Translations under genes and position numbers: made by a program
The notes under the pieces: generated by a model
Told to the model about the DNA's origin: nothing
The model's input: only the letters and a program-made list of their open reading frames with translations
The model's database searches: none
Shown: positions 1-10,333 of the stretch, piece by piece
How the letters are laid out: each line of letters begins with the position of its first letter
Position numbering within the stretch: the first letter of the stretch is position 1
Assembly: GCA_900555985.1 (NCBI GenBank)
Contig: USNF01000001.1
Location: forward strand, 82,524-146,523
DNA from: an uncultured Gemella sp.
GTDB lineage: Bacteria; Bacillota; Bacilli; Staphylococcales; Gemellaceae
Direction of reading: 5' to 3'
DNA: 64,000 nt

Positions 1-1248
1 TTGCAACAACATAATGTACCAATTATTATTACAGACCATCATTTACCAGCTAGTAAAGAGTTGCCAGGAGATTTGCAAACAGACCCTTGGATAGATGAAA
101 AAGCTGGTACTCATTTATGTGGTGCTGCTGTAGCCTGGAAAACATGTTTATTGATTGAACATATGTTAGAAGAGTTAACTGGCATAGAATATAATGTTTG
201 TAATAATTATATTCCGTATGTTGGCATTGGTTTAATTACTGATGTAATGCCACCACATATTGAAAATAGAGCTATCGTTAAGATGGCCTTAGACAAAATA
301 AATAACAAAGAAGTTCCTGTTATGAATATGTTTAGTGAAGTGTTTGATATCAAAAACTTCACTTCTAAAATAATTGCTTGGTCTATCGGACCTAAATTAA
401 ATTCTGCATCTCGATTAGGAAATACGGAACTCGCGACCGATATTTTCTTTTTACAAAATCCAGACAATAAAGACGAACTAGAAGATAAAGTTATCGATAT
501 TGCTCGTATGGATAATGAACGTAAGAAGATTACAGATAAAGCAATTAAAGAAGCATTAGAACATAAAGAATTTATAACAGACCCAATTTGTTTATTCAAT
601 TGTGAAAAATATCCTCATGGAATTGCAGGTATTATTGCTGGTAAATTAGCTGAAACGTTTCAGAAACCAGCTTTAGTATATACAGAAGATAAAGAAGAAG
701 ATATTGCTTCTGCTTCTTGTCGAGGATTTAATTTAGATATTAAAACATTAATTAATATTGCGGCTACTAAAGGTTATGCTATAGCAGCTATGGGGCATTC
801 ATTTGCTTGTGGTGCTACTTTAATACCATCTTGTTTTGATGAGTTAAAACAATGCATTAAAGAGACACTAGAAGAAATGAAAGAATCTGGTCAATTAGTT
901 CAAGAAGAAATTAAAATTGAGCCAGATTATATTATGTCTCCAGACGATATTAATAGTAAAAATTTAAAAGAATTAAATGCATTTCCATATTTAGGGGATT
1001 ATCCAACACTAGTTTTTTATAATCAGCCAGTAGAATATTCTGCACCATTTAAAAATAAAGAACATTTAGTTCTTAAACTAGCAGATAAGAAATATGCGAT
1101 TGGTTGGAATATGTTATCTAAATATAAAGAATTAGGATATCCTGATACTTTAAATTTATATGGTAAATTAGATGAAGCTAGTTTTAGTGCTAAAACATTA
1201 GGACTAAAAAATTCTGATGTTATTTTTATGTTAGATGAGATTAATTAA
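1..1248 (+). CDS. recJ: RecJ-like DHH-family ssDNA exonuclease (5' truncated by window edge)
   Basis: Motifs IITDHH, LCGAAVAWK, GLITDVMP..ENR, IGPKLNSASRL, HGIAGIIAGKLAE, GHSFACG. Stop overlaps the dnaE start (TAATG at 1246-1250). Confidence 0.85.
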   Translation: MQQHNVPIIITDHHLPASKELPGDLQTDPWIDEKAGTHLCGAAVAWKTCLLIEHMLEELTGIEYNVCNNYIPYVGIGLITDVMPPHIENRAIVKMALDKINNKEVPVMNMFSEVFDIKNFTSKIIAWSIGPKLNSASRLGNTELATDIFFLQNPDNKDELEDKVIDIARMDNERKKITDKAIKEALEHKEFITDPICLFNCEKYPHGIAGIIAGKLAETFQKPALVYTEDKEEDIASASCRGFNLDIKTLINIAATKGYAIAAMGHSFACGATLIPSCFDELKQCIKETLEEMKESGQLVQEEIKIEPDYIMSPDDINSKNLKELNAFPYLGDYPTLVFYNQPVEYSAPFKNKEHLVLKLADKKYAIGWNMLSKYKELGYPDTLNLYGKLDEASFSAKTLGLKNSDVIFMLDEIN

Positions 1249-2624
1249 TGAGTTTTACACATTTACATTTTCATACAGATTATTCGTTTTTAGACGGATT
1301 TAATCCTGTCAAAAAAGCAGTGGCTCGTTTAAAAGAATTAGGTATGGATTCCTGTGCTATTACTGACCATAATCATATGGGCGGTGTCATTGCATTTAAA
1401 AAAGAATGTGAAGTGAACGGAATTAAACCTATCTTAGGCGTTGAATTATATTGGACTCATGATATGAAAGAAATCATGAAGCCAATTGAAGCACGTAAAG
1501 AAGATGCTACTAAACGAGCAAAAGCTGCTGGTATTACTGTTCCTAAAAAAGGAACTAAAGGTGTTACACAAAAAGCGATTAACGAAATTATTGCACCATA
1601 TATGTATGATAACTATGGGTATCATATTATTTTATTAGCTAAAAATGAAATAGGGTATCATAATTTAATTAAGATTCAGTCTGAAGCTGCTAAACATGGT
1701 AGATTCAATGGTCGCCATCATTGTGATAATGCTTTGTTAAAGAAATATCATGAAGGCGTTATTTGTTTAACAGCTTGTATGTCTGGCTATGCTGCTAAGA
1801 TGATTCGTCAAGATAATTACGATGAAGCCGACAGATATCTTACATTTATGACAGAAACTTTTGGTGATGATTTTTATCTTGAAGTTCAGCCATTTAATGA
1901 CCCTGAGCAAAATAAAATCAATCGATATTATTATACATATAGTAAAAATCATAATATTAAAATTGCAGCTACCAATGATGTCCACTGGACATTAGCTGAT
2001 GATTGGGACGACCATGATACATTAATTTGTGTAGGTCTTCGCATGGAAAAACATGATGAAAATCGTACACAAATGAAATATCCTTGGGGACTTCATATTC
2101 GTTCTGAAGAAGAAATGAAACAAGCTTTTGAAGAACAAGCTAATACGATGTATGAGCAAGAACGAAATAAACAAGGATATTTAGAAGCAATGTATAAAGC
2201 TTGTGATACTACACAAGAAATTGCTGATAAAGTAGAAGTATATGGGTTAGCTCCTGACCATGATTTATTTCCTGAAGTAAATATTGGTAATATGACTCCA
2301 GAAGAAGCATTAGAGAAAAAAGCTTTTGCTGGTTTATATGAATATCTTAAAAAACATCCAAAGTATAATCAAAAAGAATATGAAGACAGACTTCGGTTTG
2401 AATTGAATGTCATTAATAAAAAAGGCTATGCTCCTTATTTTCTTGTTGTAGAAGAATATATTACATGGTCAAATAAAAATGGTTGTCCTACGGGTCCCGC
2501 GAGAGGAAGTAGTGGTGGCAGCCTAGTTTTATATTGTATTGGCGTAACAAAAAATATTGACCCAATTCAAAATCAATTATTATTCGGTAGATTTTTAACG
2601 GAAGACAGAAAATCACCTCCAGAT
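1248..2624 (+). CDS. dnaE: DNA polymerase III alpha subunit, exon 1 (PHP domain and start of palm; 459 codons)
   Basis: HLHFHTDYSFLDG, AITDH, IKPILGVE, ATNDVH, GPARGSSGGSLVLY, LLFGRFL..DRKSPPD. Similarity to DnaE ends at the GAT codon 2622-2624. Confidence 0.92.
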
Positions 2625-2940
2625 TATTTAATAGTCGTTCTTTATAGAAATATAAAGATTAAAGAGCCTCGAATTGCTGGAACATCTTTAGAGACATTTT
2701 AACTACAACGTAATTTTGAAATAAAAATAGGCGTGAATGTTTAAAAATAAAATGTATTAGATAATCAGCAGCGAAGCTTGTATGTAAATACAAGAACGTT
2801 CAACGACCAGTTCAAAGGAACGTAGAATATATTAAAATATATTCGAAGTGGGGCAACCTAAGTTTTTATTTTTAAAATAAAAATATGGTGAAGATATGGT
2901 CTAGTCCCTTTTAAATATAGCGAAAGCTAGGGTATAAACG
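2625..2940 (+). ncRNA. Group I self-splicing intron (316 nt, no homing endonuclease ORF) in dnaE
   Basis: Exon ends in U2624 and intron ends in G2940. P1 GAUUAU/AUAGUC gives U2624-G2634 wobble. P element AAUUGCUGGAA (~2672), Q AAUCAGCAG (~2763), R GUUCAACGACCA (~2798), S AAGAUAUGGUCU (2891), P7 GACCA/UGGUC, P9-like UAGC-GAAA-GCUA. Removal restores in-frame SPPD|IDTDF. Confidence 0.92.
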
Positions 2941-4905
2941 ATTGACACTGATTTCGCAGATGTTATTCCTCCATTAAAACATTTAGAGGAATATTATGGC
3001 GAAGATAAAGTTTCTGCTATAGGAACATATTCTACTATGGCTATGAAAGTAGCCATTAAAGATATTATGCGAGCACTAGGTTATCCTGCTACTGAAGGCA
3101 ATAAAGTTACGAAATCTTTGCAAGCTATTATGCCAAAAGAGATATCCTTATCTTTTAAAAAGTTTGAGGCTTTAAAAGATGATGCTCCAGATGACTATGC
3201 TGCATTTAAAGAAATAGAAAATAATTATCAAGAAGTATTTAGATTAGCTAGACGTTTTGAAGGATTACTACGTGGTACTGGGGTGCATGCTTCTGGCGTA
3301 CTAGTAACTCCAACACCTATTACTGATTGGGTTCCTGTTCATACAACAGATAGAGATGGCAAAGATATTGTCGTAACATATTATGATGGACCTCAACTTG
3401 AAGAATTAAGACATATTAAATTCGATATTTTAGGCTTAAATAATATTAATATTATTGTTAAGACATTAAACTATATTAATCCAGACTTAACTATTGAAGA
3501 TTTATATAATATTGTTGATATAAACGATGAAAGTTTATATAAAGATTTATATCATGGGAATTCCGATACAGTTTTTCAATTATCTTCTGATATGATGAAA
3601 GGTTTGATTGATAAAATTAAACCTACCAAATTTGATGATATCGTTGCTATTACATCTATAGGCCGACCAGGGCCATTATCTGCCCATATGGATGATGATT
3701 ATGCTAATGGTAAAAATGGTGGAGTTTTAAAATATCCAATTAGAGGATGTGAAGATATTCTTGATGCTACTTATTCTACAATCCCGTACCAAGAGCAATT
3801 GATGCTAATAAGTAAGAAGATAGCTGGGTTTGACGATAGCCAAGCAGATTCACTTGTGAGAAAGCCCGTGGCGAAAAAACATAAAGAAATGTTCCCTATG
3901 ATGATTCGTTGTCATATTTATGGTAAGAAAAATTGTGAGGGCCCTGAAGGCTGGGAAAATGATGATAAAGCTCCATGGTATGACCCTAAAGGAAAATATG
4001 GTCCTGAAATTCCTGGAGCATTAGTAAATGGATATACAGAAGAAGAAGTATTAAAATACTTTGAAATTATCGAAGGATTTGCAAATTATTGTTTTAATCG
4101 CTCACATGCTGCGGCTTATTCATATGTTTCTGTACTAACCATGTATTTGAAAAAATATTATCCAGTAGAATATTTGGCTGCTTGTTTATCTTCTTGTGAA
4201 GGTAAAAAAGAAAAAATGGCAGAATACATTCCTGTTCTTAAAAAATTAGGGATTACATTACGTACTCCTGATATTAATGTATCTGGTAAAGACTTTACTC
4301 CATTACCAGATACTAATGAAATTTTATATGGTTTACAAGCTGTAGCCAAGGTATCTGACGCATCTTTAGAAAAAATTTTAGAATTACGTCCATTTAGTTC
4401 TTTAGAAGATATGATGAAACGTATCCCTAAAAAGAATTTTAATAAATCTATTGGTGCTAATTTAATTAAAGCGGGTGCATTAAAAGATTTTAATGTGAGT
4501 AGGACAGAATTATTAAAACAATTCCATGAAGCTAGAGGTGATTCTGAATATGAAGTATATGATGAAGATACCGAAGAATTAATTATTAAATTCGAAGAGG
4601 AAGCTTTAAATAATCATGTTACCTATCATACATGGTTAGAAGAATTAAAAGACAAAGAAACTATTACGATTCCAGTTACATTAGTACAACGCAGAGAACA
4701 TGTTCAAAAGAATGGCAAATTAATGTTATTTGCAACTTTATATCATGAAGGTTGTGAATTTGAAGCATTAATCTTTGCTCCACAATACTTAAATTTAATT
4801 GCTATGTCTGGTCAACAAATGGCTCAAGTAGGATTACAATTTGAAATTACTGGTTATAAAGATGGCGATGCTTTTAAAGTCAGAAGTATAAATAGAATGT
4901 TGTAA
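2941..4905 (+). CDS. dnaE: DNA polymerase III alpha subunit, exon 2 (spliced product 1113 aa)
   Basis: Starts IDTDFADV.., in frame with ORF 3037..4905. Motifs GVHASGVLV, KFDILGL, YQEQLM, YCFNRSHAAAYS, LKKYYPVEY, PDINVS. Confidence 0.92.
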   Translation: MDTDFADVIPPLKHLEEYYGEDKVSAIGTYSTMAMKVAIKDIMRALGYPATEGNKVTKSLQAIMPKEISLSFKKFEALKDDAPDDYAAFKEIENNYQEVFRLARRFEGLLRGTGVHASGVLVTPTPITDWVPVHTTDRDGKDIVVTYYDGPQLEELRHIKFDILGLNNINIIVKTLNYINPDLTIEDLYNIVDINDESLYKDLYHGNSDTVFQLSSDMMKGLIDKIKPTKFDDIVAITSIGRPGPLSAHMDDDYANGKNGGVLKYPIRGCEDILDATYSTIPYQEQLMLISKKIAGFDDSQADSLVRKPVAKKHKEMFPMMIRCHIYGKKNCEGPEGWENDDKAPWYDPKGKYGPEIPGALVNGYTEEEVLKYFEIIEGFANYCFNRSHAAAYSYVSVLTMYLKKYYPVEYLAACLSSCEGKKEKMAEYIPVLKKLGITLRTPDINVSGKDFTPLPDTNEILYGLQAVAKVSDASLEKILELRPFSSLEDMMKRIPKKNFNKSIGANLIKAGALKDFNVSRTELLKQFHEARGDSEYEVYDEDTEELIIKFEEEALNNHVTYHTWLEELKDKETITIPVTLVQRREHVQKNGKLMLFATLYHEGCEFEALIFAPQYLNLIAMSGQQMAQVGLQFEITGYKDGDAFKVRSINRML

Positions 4906-4922
4906 TAAATAAGAAATTTCCT

Positions 4923-4930
4923 GTAATATA
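4923..4930 (+). promoter_or_regulatory. GTAATATA motif, putative phage-sigma promoter
   Basis: Same 8-mer lies upstream of several gene starts on the coding strand elsewhere in the window. Confidence 0.45.
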
Positions 4931-4957
4931 AATAGTTGCAGGAGATTTTTCTTATTC

Positions 4958-5626
4958 ATGAACGGAGATTTTTTAATGGCTTTAAACATGTTTAAATTCT
5001 TTTGTCGGCATGTTACTCTTACATGGCTTATTCGAATGATATTGAATATGACATGTATGGTATTATGCTATTTGACTAATTGGTTTGCAGTCTTATTCGC
5101 AGATAAATATGGTAATCTTCCTACAATATTTAAACTATGGCAAACCTACGATAATTGTTTAGATATCGATTGGATGATTTCTGAAGGTCATGTGCCTAAA
5201 CTATTTAGATACGATTTTAATAAACACTACAAATATCATCTTGAATATAAAGAAGATGATATTGTTATTCCTGGTTATGTAGATATTATTAATGATAATT
5301 TTACAATATGGGAATTAATTCAACGATATGTTTGTCGTTGTGCTTGGTTATATCGTAATTGTTCTTATGGTTTTGCATATTATATTTTCGGTAGAAAAGT
5401 AAAACCTCAAGAGTATATCTGCGAATTACAAGAACGAGATTTCTCTATGGGTTATGTCCCAGGGACAGACATTTTTTCTATTAAAGTAGACCGTAAATGG
5501 TATTCAAATCTATTTAAAAAAGAGTTTGAATTTACTTGTTATATAGGATATAAATGTGCTGGGATACAAAGAGACACGAACCCTAGAGTATGTATGATTG
5601 CAAACCGCATCTGGCCTTTTAAATAA
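4958..5626 (+). CDS. Phage hypothetical protein, N-terminal hydrophobic segment, WLYRNxxYGF motif (start may be 4976)
   Basis: 222-aa ORF. GGAG before ATG 4976. WLxRNxxYGF resembles a recurrent phage protein family. Confidence 0.6.
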   Translation: MNGDFLMALNMFKFFCRHVTLTWLIRMILNMTCMVLCYLTNWFAVLFADKYGNLPTIFKLWQTYDNCLDIDWMISEGHVPKLFRYDFNKHYKYHLEYKEDDIVIPGYVDIINDNFTIWELIQRYVCRCAWLYRNCSYGFAYYIFGRKVKPQEYICELQERDFSMGYVPGTDIFSIKVDRKWYSNLFKKEFEFTCYIGYKCAGIQRDTNPRVCMIANRIWPFK

Positions 5627-5640
5627 TTTTCTGCTATAAT

Positions 5641-5679
5641 AAAGTAGGAGCCGCCTTGAGTTCCTACTTTATTTTTTTT
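5641..5679 (+). terminator. Intrinsic terminator
   Basis: AAAGTAGGA...TCCTACTTT hairpin followed by T8. Confidence 0.6.
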
Positions 5680-5688
5680 GGAGGGATA

Positions 5689-6072
5689 ATGAATAAACGT
5701 AAAGAGATGAATGTGACAAGTTTGTTACCGATGACAGAACTTCACATGGATTCTTTAACAGATACTATGCATCAAGTAGGTATAGATATCAAACAACTTA
5801 ATGAATCTATAGCTATGCTAACTAGAGGATTAGAAAATTTAGATACAAAAACGCAACAATCTTTGGACGATGCAAAAAAAGAAAACTATATTAGAGTTGG
5901 TAGAGTTCAAAAATTATTAGACAATGAAGTCGATTTAAATATAAAGCGGTATAAACATTGGAATACAATTCAGCGACGTAATAAAAGATTTTTTACTGTG
6001 TTATTAATTAATTGCATTTTACAGGCTATATTCTTATTGTGTTTATATTATTATGTCTTCTGGATACAATAA
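5689..6072 (+). CDS. Hypothetical coiled-coil protein with C-terminal transmembrane segment
   Basis: GGAGGG RBS before ATG 5689. C-terminal hydrophobic stretch FFTVLLINCILQAIFLLCLYYYVFW. Confidence 0.65.
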   Translation: MNKRKEMNVTSLLPMTELHMDSLTDTMHQVGIDIKQLNESIAMLTRGLENLDTKTQQSLDDAKKENYIRVGRVQKLLDNEVDLNIKRYKHWNTIQRRNKRFFTVLLINCILQAIFLLCLYYYVFWIQ

Positions 6073-6073
6073 T

Positions 6074-6184
6074 ATGAATATATGTAAATATATATTATTT
6101 TTTACAATAGCATTGATTATTTTGGATAGTATATATAGATTATCTATTTTAATTATTATTTTGATTGGTTTAAGTATATTATGA
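6074..6184 (+). CDS. Small hydrophobic protein (36 aa), not in ORF track
   Basis: MNICKYILFFTIALIILDSIYRLSILIIILIGLSIL. Fills the gap exactly, with ATGA overlap into the next gene. Confidence 0.45.
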   Translation: MNICKYILFFTIALIILDSIYRLSILIIILIGLSIL

Positions 6185-6513
6185 TTTTCTTAACGAATAG
6201 AGCTGAACAAGTTCCTTTTGTATATGAAATAGCAATCGGAGCTTATAATTACATTAAATATGCTTTTGATGATTTGCCAGATAATATATTAGTAGATATT
6301 ACAGAAGATGAATCTTTATGGGGTCAATGTACTCTCGATAGAGATAACGCATTAATAGAAATTTCTGAATCGTATTTATATAATCCGAAAGGTTTATATG
6401 ATACATTAGTTCATGAATTTTTACATGCTTGTGAAGGCTGTCGAAATAAAGAATCTAATAATCACGAAGGTGAATGGTTAAAACGAGCCAAAATATTAGG
6501 AATACAACTATGA
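6181..6513 (+). CDS. SprT-like zinc metalloprotease domain protein
   Basis: WGQC...IEIS...TLVHEFLH...HEGEW pattern (HExxH plus downstream His). Confidence 0.7.
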   Translation: MIFLTNRAEQVPFVYEIAIGAYNYIKYAFDDLPDNILVDITEDESLWGQCTLDRDNALIEISESYLYNPKGLYDTLVHEFLHACEGCRNKESNNHEGEWLKRAKILGIQL

Positions 6514-6692
6514 AAAAATGGAAAGAACTACCTAATAAAATAGGTATGAGAAAACAAAAATGGATTGAAACTTCACCACAATGTTTCTGGTGTGAACCAC
6601 CATATAATAGTCCATGTAAGTTATGCTTACGAACATGCGTAAACCGAGGCGGAAGAACTCGTGGTCGTTGTGGTTTTAAAAAGGCAGGTTAA
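6510..6692 (+). CDS. Small basic Cys-rich protein (possible Zn finger)
   Basis: ATGA overlap with upstream gene. CFWC..PCKLCLRTC..RC. Confidence 0.5.
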   Translation: MKKWKELPNKIGMRKQKWIETSPQCFWCEPPYNSPCKLCLRTCVNRGGRTRGRCGFKKAG

Positions 6693-6693
6693 T

Positions 6694-7092
6694 ATGAAAA
6701 AATTAGATGTAGATGATGCAGTAATTTATTTATTCGCTCATCAAGATAAACATAATCCAATTCAGTTTCCAGATACGTTAGTATATGTTGTAGATATGTA
6801 TACTAAATATAGAACAGATAGTTTTCTGTTAGAAAAACATAATTATCGTTATGCATCTAACGGAAGTTTCTATGTTAGAACAAAAGCTAATGTGACAGAT
6901 GAAATTCTTACATATTCTGAAATGTATATTAATTTTCTTAAAGAAATTCAATCTATTAAAAATATTGATGACAAATTAGGACAAATTAAAAATGTATTAG
7001 ATTATGAACGTCCATGTAATCAAGAAGACGGATTTACTTTATTTAAAAATAAAATGATTCCAATTCTTTTATTTGGATTTTACAAAGAATAA
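6694..7092 (+). CDS. Hypothetical protein
   Basis: ORF, ATG 6694 directly after upstream stop. Confidence 0.6.
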   Translation: MKKLDVDDAVIYLFAHQDKHNPIQFPDTLVYVVDMYTKYRTDSFLLEKHNYRYASNGSFYVRTKANVTDEILTYSEMYINFLKEIQSIKNIDDKLGQIKNVLDYERPCNQEDGFTLFKNKMIPILLFGFYKE

Positions 7093-7102
7093 TATATAAA
7101 TT

Positions 7103-7135
7103 AAAACCCCCGATATTTTATTATCGGGGGCTTTT
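7103..7135. terminator. Bidirectional intrinsic terminator between convergent operons
   Basis: AAAA-CCCCCGATA...TATCGGGGG-CTTTT, located at the strand switch. Confidence 0.8.
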
Positions 7136-7144
7136 GTATATATA

Positions 7145-7933
7145 TTATTTATTAGCTTCTTTTTTCTTAATGACTTCACCATTAATAAAAGCAATAAAAT
7201 TAATAGAGTTCATTAAATGATTTTCTTCTTTAATGGCTTCTAAACTTTCTTCTTCAGTTAATGTTGTAATCCAAGCAACTAAATGCATAGATAAGAAAAA
7301 GATTTGAACAAAAATTTCCATTTCTTCTTCTTTAGTAAGTTTGTCCAAAGAAATAAATTGTGGCATAGATAAAACAGTATTAATGTATAAGTCTTTAATC
7401 TGTTCTTCTGTTAAAAATTTATTTTCTAATAATCCTTCTTTAAACGCTTCAAAGCGTTCTTCAAAAATATGTTTTAATTCTTCTTCTTTATCTTCTGTTG
7501 TAAAAGAATGATGAGCTAAAAAGAAAGTTAATAGCATTTCACTAATTTGTATGGATTTTTCTTCTTCAAAATCATTACGTGCGCTACTCATGACTTCTTG
7601 ACATTTTTTTGTGATGAACGTTAATTCTTCTTTGGGCAATTTATTAAATGGATTATTTAATTTTTCTTGTTCTTTATAAGACTCAAAATCAATAACTTTA
7701 TTATTTTCTGTTGGCTCTCTTTTAATATAATCATCTACTTCGACAGAAGTAATTACTCTTGGATGTAAATAAATAGTTCTATAACTATTTTGCAATTTCT
7801 TTTGTTGTAAAAATGGAATAGTACTAATCCCATTTAATTGTTTTTCTAATTCTTGTTGTGTACCATCATAGTATACTTTTTCATATACTGTATCAATGCC
7901 TACTTTTATTTTTGTAATTGTTAACATAACCAT
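7145..7933 (-). CDS. Hypothetical acidic protein
   Basis: 262-aa ORF, GAGG RBS upstream. Confidence 0.65.
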   Translation of the reverse strand: MVMLTITKIKVGIDTVYEKVYYDGTQQELEKQLNGISTIPFLQQKKLQNSYRTIYLHPRVITSVEVDDYIKREPTENNKVIDFESYKEQEKLNNPFNKLPKEELTFITKKCQEVMSSARNDFEEEKSIQISEMLLTFFLAHHSFTTEDKEEELKHIFEERFEAFKEGLLENKFLTEEQIKDLYINTVLSMPQFISLDKLTKEEEMEIFVQIFFLSMHLVAWITTLTEEESLEAIKEENHLMNSINFIAFINGEVIKKKEANK

Positions 7934-8000
7934 CCTCGTTCTTTTTTATAATTTATTTTTTTCATCTAGTAAATGTCTGGCTTGTGTTATTGCCATATAT

Positions 8001-8054
8001 AATAAAAGCAAAATATGTTGCTCGCCTATGCTCGCTTTATATTTTGCTTTTATT
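8001..8054. repeat. 16-bp inverted repeat (terminator or operator) downstream of sigma gene
   Basis: AATAAAAGCAAAATAT ... ATATTTTGCTTTTATT. Spacer holds two copies of TGCTCGC. Confidence 0.55.
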
Positions 8055-8083
8055 TATTTTCTTTATTATATTATATTTTTTAT

Positions 8084-9139
8084 TTAAAGTCCAGTTTTTA
8101 TGCCAGATTTTCTACTTCTTTTTATTTTGTCAAATGGGATATGAAGATAGGATGCTATTTTTTTGAGGGCACCTTTTCGTCTTTGATTAACTGTATTATG
8201 ATGTAATCCAAATACTTCTGCAATTTGTTTATCATTATAATCTTCAAGATAATATTTAATTAATATTTTTCTTTCAAAATTATCGAGTATTTTAAATTCA
8301 TCGCTACAATGTTCGCCGCATATCCAAGATATGTCGGGGATGCCTAAACTATTTTCATAATATCTATCTTCTAATGCTGTTTCATAACCTTGTTCATTTT
8401 CAGATGTCATGTATTCATCAAATTCTACATTTCTAAAATTAATATTATTAATTTCTTTTAAGTATTTTTGTACATGACGGGTTACTTCAAATATATATAC
8501 ATTGGCGACGTAACCACAAAAATTGCGTCCCATAGGTTTATATCGTCTAGCTAGATTTAATAATAGTAATTGTAATTCAGAACGAATTTCTTCTGTTGAT
8601 TTTTTACCATAATTATCTCTAACAAATTGGAATTTAGAATTAATTTCTGCTTTAAATCGATAAGCAGTTAATGATTTTTTAAGTGCATATTTTAATCTTT
8701 TTTCGGACATAAATGTCATAACAAACATTCTTGTTTTATTATCTTTTAAATCTAAAATATTATTTTTAAAAATATTAAGATATTTTTTGATTAATGGTTT
8801 AAAGCGGTCTAATAGTTCTTGACCAGCTTTTTTAATTTCTGCTTTTTCTTCTCTAGTCAAAAAATCATTTTCTGTATCGAATTTTTTTTTGTAGATAGTA
8901 ACGAGTTTTTCAATTTCTTCCCATTCTTTTCTTTTGTCGTCCATCGTTACTTTTCTCTTTTTTTCTTCTCGTGTTACTTCAGTTTGTTTGGCTCGTTTAG
9001 TTCGTTTGATATTTGTAGTTATTTCTTTATTAGATACAGCTTCTTCGTAAAGTTCTTTCATTAATGTATTTAATTTCCTTGTGTTATTTCTTTTTATTTC
9101 GAATACGTTTACGAGCTCTTCTATCTTTATTAATGTCAT
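8084..9139 (-). CDS. Phage-encoded sigma-70-family RNA polymerase sigma factor (true start probably downstream, e.g. 9061)
   Basis: Region-2-like ELQLLLLNLARRYKPMGRNFCGYV. Region-4 HTH LDNFERKILIKYYLEDYNDKQIAEVFGLHHNTVNQRRKGALKKI. Confidence 0.75.
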   Translation of the reverse strand: MTLIKIEELVNVFEIKRNNTRKLNTLMKELYEEAVSNKEITTNIKRTKRAKQTEVTREEKKRKVTMDDKRKEWEEIEKLVTIYKKKFDTENDFLTREEKAEIKKAGQELLDRFKPLIKKYLNIFKNNILDLKDNKTRMFVMTFMSEKRLKYALKKSLTAYRFKAEINSKFQFVRDNYGKKSTEEIRSELQLLLLNLARRYKPMGRNFCGYVANVYIFEVTRHVQKYLKEINNINFRNVEFDEYMTSENEQGYETALEDRYYENSLGIPDISWICGEHCSDEFKILDNFERKILIKYYLEDYNDKQIAEVFGLHHNTVNQRRKGALKKIASYLHIPFDKIKRSRKSGIKTGL

Positions 9140-9638
9140 CTAGGTCACGCCATGCTTGTTGCGTGCCATCCCATTGTACACATCGAAAATCTAAATTAGG
9201 GTAGAAATAAAAGAACATTTTCTTTTTTAGTTTAAAGTCAGCGGTTTCTCTACCCTTGATATCAACTACTTTAATTATACCAGATTTGTCTGTAATTACA
9301 AAATCTGCTATATATTTAACTGGTAAAATAGTTTTGCCAGTGAATTTATTTTTCTTTTTAGGCAACAAATCAAAAGAGACTTGCATCTCAAACGATTTAA
9401 TTTCTTTTTTTGCTTTTTGTTCTAGTAAATATAAATAATATTCGGCTTCCATAATAGAGTCAAAATTAATATGATTGACGACAATCTTTTGAGCTCCATA
9501 TTTGCTTTTTTTAATTGAAGTTGGAATAATAAAATGTTTTGCGTATTTATTATTAGATAATAATACATGCAAGTCATATAGTGTTTTAGAAAAATAAGTA
9601 ATGCCGTCGATATAATATTCTTTTTTTTGTCGAGCCAT
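9084..9638 (-). CDS. DUF1064-like PD-(D/E)XK endonuclease
   Basis: SKYGAQK..FDSIMEAEYY, QVSFDL, YIADF...VVDIKG.ET.DFKLKKKMF. Confidence 0.75.
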   Translation of the reverse strand: MARQKKEYYIDGITYFSKTLYDLHVLLSNNKYAKHFIIPTSIKKSKYGAQKIVVNHINFDSIMEAEYYLYLLEQKAKKEIKSFEMQVSFDLLPKKKNKFTGKTILPVKYIADFVITDKSGIIKVVDIKGRETADFKLKKKMFFYFYPNLDFRCVQWDGTQQAWRDLDDINKDRRARKRIRNKKK

Positions 9639-10015
9639 TATTCTTCTTCTTTCGTATTTAATTTCTCTAATCCAAGTTCATCGAGCGTCCCAAATAATTT
9701 ACTATTAGGATATGCCAAAATATAATTAGTGTCTAATGTTAATTCATCGTTGAGAATAATTAATTTTGTCATATAGAAAAAGCGTTGATTGATTTGTGTT
9801 ACAAGATATGTTTCTTTTGGATTATTTTTAAAAAATAATATATCTTTAAGAGATACAAGTTCATTTGTCAGGTTTTCTTCGGAATAAGAATCGAGAAGGA
9901 TATTAAACCCTTCTCGTGTTTCGAATCCATCTTCTTTTATTTTAGCAATGATTTCTTTTGTATCTTCTTTAAAGATAATAATTGAATTAATTTTTAAATC
10001 TTTAAAGTTAAACAT
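9638..10015 (-). CDS. Hypothetical protein
   Basis: 125-aa ORF, TAATG-coupled to next gene. Confidence 0.6.
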   Translation of the reverse strand: MFNFKDLKINSIIIFKEDTKEIIAKIKEDGFETREGFNILLDSYSEENLTNELVSLKDILFFKNNPKETYLVTQINQRFFYMTKLIILNDELTLDTNYILAYPNSKLFGTLDELGLEKLNTKEEE

Positions 10016-10020
10016 AGTAT

Positions 10021-10311
10021 TTACTCCGATACTTTAGCGATTACATCACGTTCATTAACCAATAAATATTCGTGACCATCATCAGCAATTTGTGTACCAG
10101 CGTATTGTTGTACGATTACATTATCGCCAATTTTAAATGGTAGTGCAACACGAGTACCATCATTTAACATATGGCCTTCGCCAATCATAACAACTTTAGC
10201 GACTTGTTGTTTTTTACCTTTTTGACCAGTCAAAATAATGCCAGATTGTGTTTGTTCTTCTACATTTTTTGGTTCAACAAGTACGTTAGCACCATAAATT
10301 CGTTCAATCAT
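10021..10311 (-). CDS. groES: Co-chaperonin GroES (Cpn10)
   Basis: VLVEP..EEQTQSGIIL, VVMIGEG..LNDG, KIGDNV..QYAGT, EYLLVNERDVIA. Confidence 0.92.
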   Translation of the reverse strand: MIERIYGANVLVEPKNVEEQTQSGIILTGQKGKKQQVAKVVMIGEGHMLNDGTRVALPFKIGDNVIVQQYAGTQIADDGHEYLLVNERDVIAKVSE

Positions 10312-10333
10312 TAATTTCCATCCTTTGTATGTA

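Noticed and set aside
1248..4905. dnaE as two separate genes, a split intein or a pseudogene
   Set aside because: The gap has group I intron core elements and exact in-frame exon joining. No intein termini are present.
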